From positions 1,627,987 through 1,691,986 of the forward strand of contig NW_003314279.1 of the NCBI RefSeq assembly GCF_000143415.4: DNA of 64,000 nucleotides, read 5' to 3'. The position numbers and the translations under genes are program-made. The notes below the pieces were generated by a model. It searched no databases and was not told where the DNA came from. It saw only the letters and a list, made by a program, of their open reading frames with translations. This DNA comes from Selaginella moellendorffii. Lineage: Eukaryota > Plantae > Lycopodiophyta. Numbering within the stretch: position 1 is the stretch's first letter; every line of letters starts with the position of its first letter. This document shows positions 1-13,451 of the stretch, piece after piece.

Positions 1-1
1 G

Positions 2-610
2 CTACCTGGTCGCAGACTCGTCTGGGACAAGGCAACTGGGCTTGTGAAGCAGGCCGGGTCCCAACTTGCTCACACAACTGATGGTATTGTGTTTGATGGT
101 GCAACATACATTTTCATGGGCACCACGCCCTCTCTCTCTGGGCAGACTGATTTTGCTGTTCATGCTTGGGTGAAGGTCCCACCCCGCATGAAGCAGGAAC
201 TGTGCATCATCCAGCAACGCTCTGATCAAATCTATGGTGAGTGGTGGCTATGGATCCTCAATGGCAATCTATGGTTTACGGTGTACAATGGTGAATACCA
301 GTTCAGCATTAAGGGAACAGTGCCAGTCACTGATGGAACTTGGCACCATGTTGCTGCAGTCCGAAATGGCACTGTTGGGTCTATCTACGTTGATTCTAAA
401 CTTGATAAGTCACAGAACGGCTCCAAGATAGTCAACCTCAATTCCAACCTACCTGTCTTCATTGGCTATGACCCCCGTGACAACAAACGCTACTTTCATG
501 GTGAACTCTCAGATCTTCAGTGCTGCTGTTGTGCCTGTGGGCTTCAACCCAATGTCTATCTATGGAATCATGTAAGCTTATGCTCCTCTGACATCGATTC
601 ACATACGTAA
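2..610 (+). CDS. LamG-like (ConA-like lectin/glucanase, Laminin_G_3-type) jelly-roll domain protein; 5' end lies outside the window; possibly frameshifted near nt 27
   Basis: Intronless ORF with typical LamG motifs: GIVFDGATYI, FAVHAWVK, VTDGTWHHVAAVRNG, IYVDSKL, PVFIG...YFHGELSDLQ. The usual upstream DSSG motif (YLVADSSG) is in a different frame at nt 3-26. Confidence 0.7.
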   Translation, partial: LPGRRLVWDKATGLVKQAGSQLAHTTDGIVFDGATYIFMGTTPSLSGQTDFAVHAWVKVPPRMKQELCIIQQRSDQIYGEWWLWILNGNLWFTVYNGEYQFSIKGTVPVTDGTWHHVAAVRNGTVGSIYVDSKLDKSQNGSKIVNLNSNLPVFIGYDPRDNKRYFHGELSDLQCCCCACGLQPNVYLWNHVSLCSSDIDSHT

Positions 611-2276
611 ATAAAGAGGAGCTGGTTTGTTATATTCTATGAAGTATGGCGTGCTTCTTATGAATTGAATGTAGAATATTCATTTGTCTAGTGTCCATAG
701 TTCCACAATCCAACAAAGATGTATGGACAGAGTGGCAGCATTCAACATGCGTGGCAGTGCTTCGCCAGAATTCAGCAGCTGAGTGTTGTTTCAGGGAATG
801 GCATGCTCGTACCGCTTGCTTGGGAATTTGCAGCCTGGACAACAGTATATCGATCTACTCGCTGAATAGGTACTTTGAGGGGCGTTTTAGACTCCATATA
901 GAACAGTTTCAGAAGATGCATGTGAGAAATGTGTATCTTGGAATGCCATCATCTGACAGAGCGACATTTTCATGGCTAAGGTGGTCTTAAATTTTAATTC
1001 TTGTATTTGTTGTTTGAAAATAAATTTTTGTTATATCATGTCAATACTGAATTTAAACCTCTGGTCACTCTTGGACCTTATTACCCTTGGAGGGCCTCCG
1101 CGCTAACATTGTATCGATATAATTTTTCAAGTTTATGTACTAAGCAGCTTTATTTTATTCTAAAAATGAAAAATAAAATAAAAAACAGAGAAAAAAAACT
1201 TTATCATCTCTTGCTGGGTTGCTTGTTGTCGTTGTTGATCTGGAGGAGGTTCTGGTCCATGGATTTTGGTAGCAATGATATTGAGAGGTGACAGTGTTTG
1301 ATGCAAGAGATTCATAATGTTCTTACCAGACTTTGCCTATATTGTCGCCCCCACCAGTACTGCTCAAACAATTCTTGCTCAGTGTGCTGATACGCCAAGG
1401 ATCTGCAGAGGAGAAAACGGGTCAAAAGCAGTGATGAACTAGTCAAATCGTTTGTTCTCACGCACCTGTTGAAGCACCAATTTGATCTGATCTTCTTTGT
1501 AGACCAAAAAAATCCTGATAAAACCGGCACATCCCCTGATTTGTCTTGCACATTGATTTAAACTTGCATTTTCTAACAAGACAATGAGAATCCAACATAA
1601 GGAAGGTTGGAATGCTCCAGATTGCATGTTCTGGAACGGGTTGCAGATCAGAAGTGAGGACATTCCAGAAATTCATGATGGAACTGTCTCTGCTACCCTT
1701 GCCCTCGGCAGCGGCTTCATGGATGAGAAATACAGACACGTTCTACTGGAACTAGTTAGAAAATTTCAATCGCATGCCCTTTGCAGAAACGAAATAATCT
1801 TGAAAACTGTAAGAATTTCCTTAAAGCAAAATTTTATACTTGACCACATGGTAAAATCCTTTCCTTTTAATTTGTATTCTCCTAATCTATGGGCTCTAGA
1901 GCTATATTTCCAGTATGATAGAGTTTTTGCCAAATGGCCGTGCAGGATTGTGTTGAGATTTCTCGAGGTGGACCACATGCTCACACTCTCTCTCTCTCTC
2001 TCTCTCTCTTAAATGGGGAAATANNNNNNNNNNNNNNNNNNNNNNNNNNNNNNNNNNNNNNNNNNNNNNNNNNNNNNNNNNNNNNNNNNNNNNNNNNNNN
2101 NNNNNNNNNNNNNNNNNNNNNNNNNNNNNNNNNNNNNNNNNNGACCACTTTACTTTTGTATATAAACTAGGGTTTTTGGGTTACATTCTCTTTTCCTCAC
2201 AAACATAGTTTTTAAAATTTTATTTCCCCATTTATAATTATGTTTTACATTAATGTGTTATTGAAGTAAACTCCAT

Positions 2277-3182
2277 TTAGACATAGGAAGCCCAAATTGC
2301 TTTTACATGATCCATTCCATCAAAAGGCGTGTACTTGTAGATCACAAAGTTGCCATCGTCCTGAAGGGATGCTGCATAGCTTGCTGTAGCATCGTCAGCA
2401 ATTTCTGACTCCCATGCTGGATTCTCATTCTCTCGCTCGTACACAGCTAAGACACCATTCTTGTGAAGGACGGCATAACAGTTGCTGCCTTTGCCCTGAG
2501 AATCGCTTGCCCATCTAGCCACATTCTGGCCATCATAGAGGACAAGGTTGCAATCATTCTGCATGACCAGCGTGTAGCATGCATTTGCTGACCTGAGATA
2601 GTGATTGGTGTATATGTACGTCCCATCCTCGTACTTGTCCGTATAATCGACCTTGCTGAACAGCGTATTCAATTTGGGATCACAGTCCCCTTGCACATTA
2701 GGTCTGGCAAGTTCAGGTGCAAGCACTCCTGGCTGTGCAGCAGCACGGGCACCAGTACTGGTATCACCAGTTTCCTGACACCGAATCTGCAAGATGTGCT
2801 CGGTACCTACAATGCTAGCAAATCCACCTCTGATGGCTTGTTCCCCCAAGTGTAGCAGGAGCTCCACAGCATACTTATTCAGCCGCTTCCATGGTACCAA
2901 GTTTGACCACTGTGGGTCAGATGAACACGACTCTTGGTTCAACAACCAAGCCTCAACCCAGACACTTCTTCCCTCGACATTGATAATTTTATCTACAAGT
3001 ATTTGGCCAGCATAGTAAGCGTCCCGAGAAGGAACAATTCGTAAGAAATTCACGACTTCATTCATGAGCACACCGGCCCCTTGCTGAGTTAGTCTACCAG
3101 GTGACCCTGTAGGGTTTATCGACACCCCATGAGAAACAACCAAACACAGGCAAAGCATGGATGCCACAAGAAGGAGAGACAT
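2277..3182 (-). CDS. Secreted 301-aa protein with an unknown N-terminal domain and a C-terminal bulb-type (GNA-like) mannose-binding lectin domain
   Basis: ATG at 3182 begins a signal-peptide-like MSLLLVASMLCLCLVVSHG. The C-terminus has LVMQNDCNLVLY, WAS, LHKNGVLAVY and LQDDGNFVIY (QxDxNxVxY repeats). Single exon. Confidence 0.85.
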   Translation of the reverse strand: MSLLLVASMLCLCLVVSHGVSINPTGSPGRLTQQGAGVLMNEVVNFLRIVPSRDAYYAGQILVDKIINVEGRSVWVEAWLLNQESCSSDPQWSNLVPWKRLNKYAVELLLHLGEQAIRGGFASIVGTEHILQIRCQETGDTSTGARAAAQPGVLAPELARPNVQGDCDPKLNTLFSKVDYTDKYEDGTYIYTNHYLRSANACYTLVMQNDCNLVLYDGQNVARWASDSQGKGSNCYAVLHKNGVLAVYERENENPAWESEIADDATASYAASLQDDGNFVIYKYTPFDGMDHVKAIWASYV

Positions 3183-3259
3183 GGTTTCTCTATTATGGAA
3201 ATGCATGCTCACAGAATTTGCTGACAGACTTTCACAACACGAATGCATCATACACTTCC

Positions 3260-3267
3260 TATTTATA
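3260..3267 (-). promoter_or_regulatory. Candidate TATA box of the lectin gene
   Basis: TATAAATA on the minus strand about 80 nt upstream of the ATG at 3182. Confidence 0.5.
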
Positions 3268-5272
3268 TGGAAGAGGAGGTGGAGGACAAACATGGATGAC
3301 AATATTTTGCTTTGCTGCAATGCCGTGGCAAAAATGGTCGTCATAACATGGTTATTCATAGTACGCAAGTGCACGTGCCTTTGCCTTGTAGCTGTTCTTT
3401 ACCTTGTAGCTCTGAATTGAGGTGTCGAGGTGTTTACCTTGTCCATGAGCCCCACAGAGTCGACCAGAGGGACAAAGAACAGCCTGAACACCTCTGGCAG
3501 TGGAATTCCAACGAACACAAACATTACAAGACAAAAACATGTGTATTATATAGTAATATTATTATTTTATTATATTATTTCTTACTTTATGTTTCCTTTT
3601 CTTTTTTGCTTTTCTATCCGACAGTACCCTTGGCGATTTTGTGTCTATCATGGTCCGACTCCAGTTCAAATCAGGGGGATTTGTGAGAGATTCGTCTGGG
3701 AAAGCGCATGCTGCAACTTGTGCAAACGATCGGAACCACTAGTTGTGCCACTGGATGAGAGAGGAGCAAAGTAGGGTGAGGAAGTGGAGAGCGCTCTGAA
3801 AGGAAGTTGATGATCTGATCCACATTCAAATAGGTCGCAGCAATTACAAAGAATTTGTTTGGATTGTGACAATGGTTGATTCTGATCTTTGCACTGCCTT
3901 TCATGGGAGTTGTCTTCTGAATAGACAACTTCAATAGCTTGTGAGGTGCACTTGCAGTGTGTCAATTTTTATGAAAATCGCCAGGATTCTGCTAGGCTGG
4001 TGCACAAACAAGAGCTGTGAACCCCATTCCTTCATACAAGCAGTTGCAATCCATCCAATTCTTCACAGGCATTGATCTGGATGATCCAGAGATGGAGATG
4101 AGTCCCTCATTTAAAATATAAAATTGGAAATTTCAAAATAAATAATAAAATAATGTAATATTTTTATTCAGATTACTTGCTCTTGAAATTTCTTCAAGAT
4201 GGCTTATGCACAGACATCAGCTCACCAGCTTCAAATGGAAAGATTGGCTGAGTGTAAGTTAAAAGGCCCTAGGTTTACATATCATAGCTATGACCAGAAT
4301 GTTGATTAGGGACCACCACAATCACAAAGCCAGCCTAATAATTCATCACAAAAATCCAAACTTAAAACAGTTGAAAGGAAAAAAGCAAATATAAAAAGAA
4401 AAAAGAGAACAAAACAAAACAGACACAAAACAGCAAACCTTGTGGAACACAGCTTTACAGCAAGAAACAAGCAAAAGAAGAGCTCAAAGCACATGTTGTA
4501 TAGTACTAGAGAAAGTATGTGGTGAAGAGGGCTCTTTTGTGGTGGCACCACTTTATTTGTTTGCAGCATAGAACACAGCACTTGACCTATGGCTTTGAGA
4601 ACACTGTCAGCTCACATTCATAGACAAGCATTGTGGGGTATGTGGTCACACCCCACAATTGGCTTAGCTTCACTAGAATCAGCTGGCCCTTAAAATTGTT
4701 CATAGATATTTTCAGGAGAACATAACATCGTCTTGTTCTCAAGACCATTTTGCTCTCAAGCCATGGATACGCCTACAATGATTGAGGGCGAAGAACTACT
4801 GGCCACGAGCAAAGCATCCCATGGAAAGGCAGTTATTTTGAAGAATGATGAGCAAGTGGAGGAACTTTTTCCAGTGGAAACACTCAAGCATATAAGCTTG
4901 CTAAATTTCATGAGATCAAGTTGGTTGTTCTTTGTGAAGTTGGTAGCACCAGCTCATCACTAAGTTGTTTGGCTAAATTTTAAAACTTTAAAAGATTACA
5001 TCATTTCCAATTAATAGTATGGAAGAGATATTTCAAAGGAAGGCTTAAGAAGAAATGAGAAAACAAAATTTGGAGACATTAAATAATAGCATATCAGTCT
5101 GAAATCCAAAACTCATGCATAACACTGCTTTAAAAAGTATCAATGATAGAGGTCAATTTTTTTTGTTTTGTGTTATGTACTAAATTTTATAAAATTGCCC
5201 TTAAAATATTTTTAATATTATAACTTTGCACTTACTTGGCTCTTTAACACACTTGATTTAGAAATTTTTTAT

Positions 5273-5627
5273 TAGGGTAAATTATTTAATTTGAGTCAAT
5301 TATTAATTAGAAAAAATCATAATAAACTCAACAAATCAAATCTGTTGTCTATATGTACATGAATTATGAACAAATTTATTACATTGGCCACAAGTTGGCT
5401 CAAATTATTTAATTTAGCCTTACATTAATTAATTTAGAAAATATTATATATTAATATGTTAATTTTAATATTTTATTTAAGATTAAATTTATTAATTTGA
5501 GCCAATTTGTGGCCAATGTAATGAACTTGGCCATAATTCATGTACTTGTAGACAATCCATTTGATTATGTTGAATTTATCATGTTTTATTTAATTAATAA
5601 GTTAACTCAATTATTTCATTTACCCTA
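5273..5627. repeat. Long imperfect inverted repeat (foldback/MITE-like)
   Basis: The arm TAGGGTAAA...GTACATGAATTATG...TTACATTGGCCACAAGTTGGCTCAAATT is mirrored by AATTTGAGCCAATTTGTGGCCAATGTAA...CATAATTCATGTAC...TTTACCCTA. Arms are about 150 bp around a short AT-rich loop. No clear TSD. Confidence 0.8.
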
Positions 5628-8199
5628 AATTAAATAATTTTCCCTAATTATCAATTTAAAAAAATATTTGAAATATAATGGGATTCTGATCCACCTCTTC
5701 TTCTATATAACCTAGGGTTTTGAACTAATATAAATATACATATTATACATAGGAGATGAAAGGCAATATTAAGAGTAATTGAATTTATGTTTTTTTTTTA
5801 ATTTAACTTTTACATTATTTAGATTTATCTTGTTCTCGTAAATTTTTCCATTTCTTTTTTATTGCTCTCTTTCATCAAGAGGTTCATTCAATACCTATTT
5901 AATCATATGTTTACTTTCCAATTTTTTTATAATAAGAGGTCTATCCTTTTTTGTGTTTCCTGATATGAATTTAAATTTATCTTGTATTGCTCTGTCTGTT
6001 ACTATATATTATTATCTACATTTGCATCATATGGTAAAGTTAGTCTTCATTCTCTATAGCAACAGTTATATGTATATGTGTAGCATAAGACAAATTTAAT
6101 TGTGTGATCATGAATTTGAGTTTAAATTATTATTGATAGTGTTAAGTCAAAATTTTATTATATGATTGTTTGATTTGAATAATACTTTTGCAACTTTCCA
6201 GTGGATAATAGATAAGTTTCTCCACAATATACTAGAAATGACTACTAACATTATTGTTCATGCTTTAATCCATGTATGTTTATAATATCTAAAAGGTTTT
6301 AAATTAATTATGTCAAATTGATTTGAAACTAAAGTAGTCTAATTTCTTGTTTATATCCCAAGATTTATCTTGGGTATTGCATTTCTCACAAAAACATACA
6401 AGTTGATCCTGACAAATTTATAATTATTTTAAATTTTGATAGTAGAATCAATTATAGTTTCCCATTTATTTGTGTTGATAGTGTTTGATTTAATAAGGTT
6501 TTTTTGTGGTTGAATACTGCTAATCCAACTATTCAACCCATTAATAGAAGTTTTATTTGCAATTGTTGTTTGATATTTTTTGTCAAATGATGTTCCAAAG
6601 ACAATGGATCAAATAATGATTCCACACATATGGTTGAAGTATTTTATATTTTAATATCTCAATTAGGGATACACCCACGTTATTTATTAATAAATAATAT
6701 TTTTAATGGAATAATTCATTATGAGCTTCAAAGGGATGATTTCAAAGTATATAGAATTTTAATATACAAAATTGTGATGCTTATATATTATCTTTCTAGC
6801 TCACATATATTATAGGGGTGTAAGTTTTGTTGATGTTTCATTATAAAAACTCATATATAGTCATAATTTTATATTACTAATGTAGTTAGTTTATATTTAT
6901 GATAGTGGATAATGTTAGGTTTTGGGATTAGTATTTAACAAGCATTTTTCCATAGGTCCAAGTAAATTTTTTTAAACACTTAAACATATAAATTTATACT
7001 TCCCAATCTTATAGTGCTTAGTTTGTTTAAAAGGTTTTCTGCCCAATAGAAGGGATTATCAAGTATTATAGCAAGTTGAATTATGTTTATAAGATTTAAC
7101 ATGACATTTAGGAAATCAATCTTTTAGAAATTATATATATGTAACAATTAAACCACTTTACAAAAGGATCATGAATAACTTATACTATCTATGGATGCAC
7201 TAGTGCCTCCTCTTGATATTTTTTTAGCATTGACTATCATTCTAAAAGGAGTTATATTATTGTATATTATTAATAATGTAGTGAAACTTTAATAGATACT
7301 GGATTGAATTCAATTTAAACCACTTGCTATTCTAAAACAATTAGCTAAATAATTTAATTATGAATTTCCCACACGATTTCAAAACTAAAATTTCAAATCC
7401 CCAACTGTAGTGTGGCAATAGAGAGATTGCATTAGATCTCTTCTCTGCAATAAAGTGCTAAGGATTAGTTAAATAAATATTTAGAATAAACCAATATCTT
7501 ATGTTAAGGTGGGTTCCATACATCCTTCACTTGGAAATTTCTCCACCATGGAAAAAAAACTCCCCCCTTTTAAAATTTTGAGGTTACATGTAACTCTGTT
7601 TTACTAATATGAATGTATGATTAAAAAATCAAAACATGGCAAGGTGAAGTTTCCAATTCAATTTTATACCATAATTTTTCAAAAATATATTAATAAACTA
7701 GCAAAGAATCCAGCTCTTCTGGCCTATAAAAATAAATTTGTAATGATGTCTTACTAAGATAGAAACATTGTTAAAAATAATCTTGTAAATCTTTTTAAAG
7801 TACATAAATAACATATGAAATAAATTACATGTTGATTTTCATGATCTGCTCAAAATCTTCATTTGGTAAAATAAAAAATAATAATGAAGTTTTTATAAGT
7901 GAAATTTAATAATAAATCTATGTCCAAATAAACTAAATTGCTGACTTTTAAAATTAACTCAGAGATATTTATATCACTTTTTAGTAAAAATAAATCAATA
8001 TATACAAAATATTATATATACAGCTTAACAAACTCCCATGTATACTTTAAAAATTAAAGATGTGCATATTCATAAAAGTCTAGATAATTATATTAGTTTC
8101 TTATAAACATTATTATCTAGTTATTATAAACATTTAAAAGCTTGAATTTAATTAGTTTAACTTCACATAAAATATTTTGAAGTAATATATGTTTTCAAA

Positions 8200-11100
8200 C
8201 TCTTGAACTTTTAAATTTGAGTTGTTAGAGTCAATTTCCTAAGTGTCTCCGACACCTTGCATTGCACATATTGCATAACTCCACTTCCCATCTTTGGAAA
8301 TTCTCTATTTTAAGGGCACCATCATCTTCTTTCCCATTTTGTATGACTTTTGGCCCCAAGTTCTAGTTATCCTAAGGCTGTTCACATCCCTATCATTTGG
8401 CTACTTTACCGCTCCCTGCCTTTGGAGCTTCCACTTTCGCCAAATTGGAGCAATTGGGAATTTATTCATCGAAATACATATTGCCTTTCCCATAATTCGT
8501 TAGCACTCAACACATTAGTGTTCTTGGCCTAACTTTGCGTTTTGGATTCTTTCCCATGATTCCTATAGCTCTTTTCTTAGCCACTAGTCTTTTGCTCCTA
8601 TCCTTGATTGTTGCACCTAACAACATTGGATCGTTACCTCCATTTTTGAGATATCCTTTTGGTTCCATAGCAAAGACTTTGCTTTACTAAATTCAGAGGG
8701 TGTTTACCCCTAATATGTCTCTTTATCATTTTTTTTGCTATGGCTTTATTCATAACCTAATTTAGTGACCCTCCCATAGGTCTTTTATAGAGACTACTTT
8801 CTTCTAACTCACTATACCATCGCATGGATATAGCTTATTTCCCTTAGGTGTTTTTCCCATTTGGTTATCTTGACCAAGTGCTACCCTCATAAACAGTTCA
8901 AATCAACACTTTGAACCAGGAACTTCATTCCTTAGCCAACCAAAGACCTTGTCCTTATTTAGTCAGAAGATCACCTAGTGATCTCACCTTGGCACCTTAA
9001 TAGAGTTGCCAAGAGGTATTTGGTTTTCTAGACCTTCAAGTTGTTGACCATGACCCCGGGGGCATCCCCCACACTTGGCAGTGCACCCAAGCCAACCCTT
9101 ACGGCTAATGGTCCATAGCAACTAAGACTAGATGTCCCCATCTCATTCACCACGCCCTTGGTGCCACTCGCACCAAGGTGTTCAAGTTAGATATGCCGAG
9201 CCCAACTAAGCAATCTAACCGTGCATCATGACTTTAAGGCATCCCTCGTTTGGCGGTGTGCCCAAACCAGTCTCCTCACTAAGAGTCCATGACCACCGAA
9301 AAATGAGTGTCCTCATATTCCAAACCATCACCACGCTTTAGTGATTTGGGACTCGAACCCAAGCACTAGAGGGTCGAGACTCGAACCCAACCTCCGTATA
9401 TGCATCTACAGATGGCATTGCACAGTATGCCTGGTGTGACTCCTTACGTCGGTGCACCAACATGTACTTAAAGCGTGTTATAGATCACAGCTTAGGAACC
9501 TAGTTCCTCCGCACTACCAAGTCTTCTCACTTGACAAGTCTATGATCATGCATGGACTCCTCCATGCTTGGCCCAATGGGCCACCCCTTTTGAAGTTAGC
9601 ACCTTTAACTAGGGGATTTGTCCCCCTGACTTGCCAATCTCGCTTCGCAAGTCATCCGGCCACTGTAACATGGTTCATGCATAAGCGTGAAAATCTTTAA
9701 CCATCGACTTTCGTTCAAAGCCCTCTCTTTGAACACTCGGGAACTACTTCCCCAACCTTGATAGCCTCGCTTCATGACCAGCTTCAAGACCATGCTTCTG
9801 CTATGCCACTCTGATTTCGCGCGCTCTAGGAACCATTTACGCTTGGCTTTCTAAGTACTTACCTACCTAGAATTGTCTTTGGGAACCTTCAAGGAACTCT
9901 GTTTCTTAGCTTGCTAAGGCTTCTCCTTTGCAAGCTCCCTACTCACCATATGGTCTAATATGGACGATTCCACATTTTAAACTTTCTATGGCATTGCAGT
10001 TGCTAGTAACAACATCCTCGAGCACCCTCTTGATTCTCCACTCCCATCTTGTATAACCACCGTTGGTTATGCCCTTCGATTTCTATGGTTCAATTCCATC
10101 CCAATACTACTTGCCTTTTGGCCTCATATGTTTCCTTTGGTTATTCTTCTCCAAACTAGGAGGATAGCTTTGCACATTCTACTATGCCTTAGTAAGTATT
10201 CATAAGGATGAACTTACCCAATAACTTAGGGAGTGGTTCCTCAATCTAGGCATACTCACCTTATAATCCCACACACCGGGGTTACCGTTGTTACTTATGC
10301 GCCTCCATATACCCATCACTAGCCTTGCCAAAATCTCATTTCTGGCTTTGTCGAAATTGGGTAGACGGATTCCTCCCATCTCCACAACCTTGGACGTTTG
10401 GATGGCACATCTTATCCATCATTTGCTAAGGACTTAGTCCTTTAGGCTTTATCTAATGCCCTTGCGACATCAAACACCACTTCCTGGTGTTTTAAAGTGT
10501 TTGGGTGTCCCAATGATGGTCTTCTTTGGCAATGAGCATTCCCTTTATGACATTAACTTACTATATTGCAACATAAACAGCTTCTCCCCCATAAGGGTAT
10601 ATTTAACTTCCTTATCCCAATAAGAAGTCTTAGGTAGCTACCTTCTACTAGTTTAACTAATTATTTTGCACTTTTTGCTTAGTTGCCTCATAGTTGTCAA
10701 GTCCTACAACTCATTGCTTAGTGCTTCCACATCTCCATCATTATCTGGGTCACCACACTCTAATCGCATGCCTTCCAGCTTAAGCCATGCCATTCCCATT
10801 TCCATTATGATTCCTCTGGGAAGGGGTTCTTATAAACCCACCAACTTGACCTCAATGCAACATGCCTTGGCACATTCGGTGTCTCCACACCCTCGGCTCT
10901 ACAAGACTACCTTTATGACACTCCCCACTTGTGTCAGGGTCTTTGCCAAGACCAAAGTAGTCTTTTTTTATGCCAACTATCAGTTAGCACTGCACCATAG
11001 TGTTCACACACAACTCTATACCAAAATTGCTTTCTTTTTGGGGAACACCTTTCCCACAACTTTAGCATGGCACATTTTGCCATCGATGAGATACCCTTTT

Positions 11101-13451
11101 GTTCTCATACTTGGATCCTATGATCCCTCCTCATCCTTCGTGGGGTACAACACATCTCAGTCCAAATGCTTCCATTAATACTTTAAGATTATTTCTTGAT
11201 TCTATTTGAGTCATCTAGCTTTTTGGACTTTGTCATCCGACAACCCGTGAAGTCCTACCTTTGAGGTGCTAGCTCACTGGAATATAACTTCTTGTATTCA
11301 TGTCCTGCTCACAAGGACCATCTTTGCAAGTGTTATTCTGACACTTGATTTTTTCTCTTGGGGCAACCTTTTGCCCCTTAGGACCACTTGTCCATGTGAT
11401 GAGAATACCAACTCATCCTCTAAATACACCCCCAACTCCTTGGGTTGTTCCAGCATTTATTAAAGGTAGCCCTGGCTACCATTTCAAGGACTTGTGTCCT
11501 TTTCTATATTTGACCTCCCATAGTCATCAATTCAGGTCTAAAAGTTATGAGCACCAGCTTCAACTATATGAGGGTAATTTTGTGACTCCTTTATTATTTT
11601 GGAGTCTCTATCTTCCCCGTGATCCCAACTATAGTTGTTTACCACAACTACCTTAGCCAGTTTGCTAAGTCAAACACTCATCTGAATCACATCCTCAACT
11701 CTCTAAGGAAACCCTTATATTGTTCCTAAGATCCCAAAGTTGTTCTATTATTGGCCCTTTTCTATCAACCATCTCACCTACAAGTTCACACATGAACTAT
11801 AGTGGAGAGCCATGTCTTCCCGACCTGCTACTCCTCACAGATAAGCCCACTCCTAGGACCTTCTGATGCTAACACCAATGGTGATATACTTGAGCACCAA
11901 TAACAGTCGAACTAAGGAACAACTTCGATACTAAGTTGTAAGTGACTAAATTTTCCATTTTACTTTAGTCATTTAACCACACCTCCGACCACTTGGAGGA
12001 GTCTCACTCACAACCTCCATAGGTCTTATTTTGGGCTTAGGGACTTATTAGCCCCCAAGAATGGCATCCATGCCACTCAACCATTGCACTTGGTCCAAGT
12101 GCCCTATGTGTCCGATCCCATGATCGACACCCCAAGGTACCATCGACATATCAACCCGTTATGCTAAGGCCATGCCTATTCACCTTGGTCATATCAGTGG
12201 TCTGACACCACCTACATTACAGTCCTATCTCTCAAAGACTGAGTCATCCATCCATGAGTGATCATCCCAAATCCACTCCTTAGCATCCTTAGGATGCCCA
12301 CAGACATAGGGAATAGCCTTCCCCAACATCCCTTTTCCGGTCTCCACTAAGTCCCTTTCCGCCCATGGCCGTGTTTGCCAACATTGCCACTGGATTGAGG
12401 CCCACAGGCCCAACCACTAAGTCCCATGGTCCTTTAGGACTTCCTCACCACCTGATTGTATCCTTGGTCACTACACCAGAGGACTACTCCTCTTCCTTTC
12501 CACAGTCTGGGCCTTTGGGACAACATTTCAGAACACCGTGGCCCTACGCGGGCCTTAGGTACTCTCCCCACCTTCCGCTTTTGGGTGCTCTAGCCATGGG
12601 CTTAGAGTGAGGTTCCGTTAAGCCATGCTAGGTATCCAAGTAGGTAGTGCCACCCACACTTGGACTGGGAACATCGGCCAGTCGATCTCCCGGGGGAACT
12701 AGAGCCGGCTCTTGAACACTTCACCAAGCTACCCCGCTTGTCGGTCCGTGTTCACTCTAGTGTTGGACTTCCCAGTGGGCAGCTTATCACCCAACACTGG
12801 GTACAACCTTCCTGGGCCAAACTGGCCTTTCCTGGCCAAACTGGCTCTACTGCAGTCCTCCCCCTTACTATACTTTTGGAGCTCACCAAACCCCCCAGGG
12901 TCTGGGAGACGAACGCTTTGGGCTTTCACCCTCTTAGACTCGGACTTGGACTCGGACTCAGACTCAGACTCGGTCTCGGTCTCGGTCTCGGTCCCGGTCC
13001 CGGTCCTGGTCTCGGTCTTGGTCCCAGTCTCTGTCTCGGTCTCGGTCCCGGTCTCGGTCTCGGTCTCGACTTCGGACTCCGTCTCGGGTCCTTCTCGGAC
13101 TCCATCTTGGATTCCATCTCGGGTCCATCTCAGACTCCATCTCGGGTCCATTTCAGACTCCATCTTGGGTTTATCTCGAACTCCATCTCGGACTCCACCT
13201 CTAACTCCATCTCGGACACTTCCACGTGTCATGTTTTGGTCCTCTTGTGTCCCCTTTTCTAGAGACTCACTCATGGCTCGCCTCGTGCTTGTTCCTCGAG
13301 CACTTCATTGGGAGTTCCACTCCCACTCTCAACCTTTTCAAGTCAGAGTTTTTAGTCCAAATGTGTTACGCTCGTTTGGCTTTTGCTTTGGCCACTACCA
13401 CGTGGCACCCTTTTGGCTCCACTTTGGGGCCTAGAGATTTTGTGTCTCACA
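8200..13451 (-). mobile_element. Family A LTR element, copy A1 (non-coding, LARD-like): 5' LTR plus internal region, 3'-truncated
   Basis: LTR at 11937-13451 followed on the minus strand by a degenerate tRNA-Met PBS. The internal sequence matches 39130-40440 and, in reverse, 62874-64000. No gag/pol ORF recognised. Confidence 0.85.
11937..13451 (-). repeat. Family A LTR (A1 5' LTR) with internal GAGTCC/GAGACC/GAGATGGAGTCC tandem arrays
   Basis: Termini TGTGAGAC...CTTACA on the minus strand; aligns by eye with 37100-38815 and 61189-62873. Confidence 0.9.

Noticed and set aside
640-2020. Short ORFs between the LamG and lectin genes (also 3430-4960)
   Set aside because: No recognisable domain or coherent splice model; a second DSSG-like string near 3695 has no LamG body after it.
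5700-8190. Possible decayed transposase or helicase in the AT-rich tract
   Set aside because: No convincing motif in the frames I tried.
9340-9395. tRNA genes or SINEs at the GGTTCGA motifs
   Set aside because: No cloverleaf, A box or tail seen; the motifs are fixed parts of the LTR element interior.
12660-13434. Long ORFs rich in ES/ET/SR/LG repeats (also 37892-38799 and 61299-62101)
   Set aside because: They are stop-free translations of the LTR hexamer arrays in several frames, not proteins.
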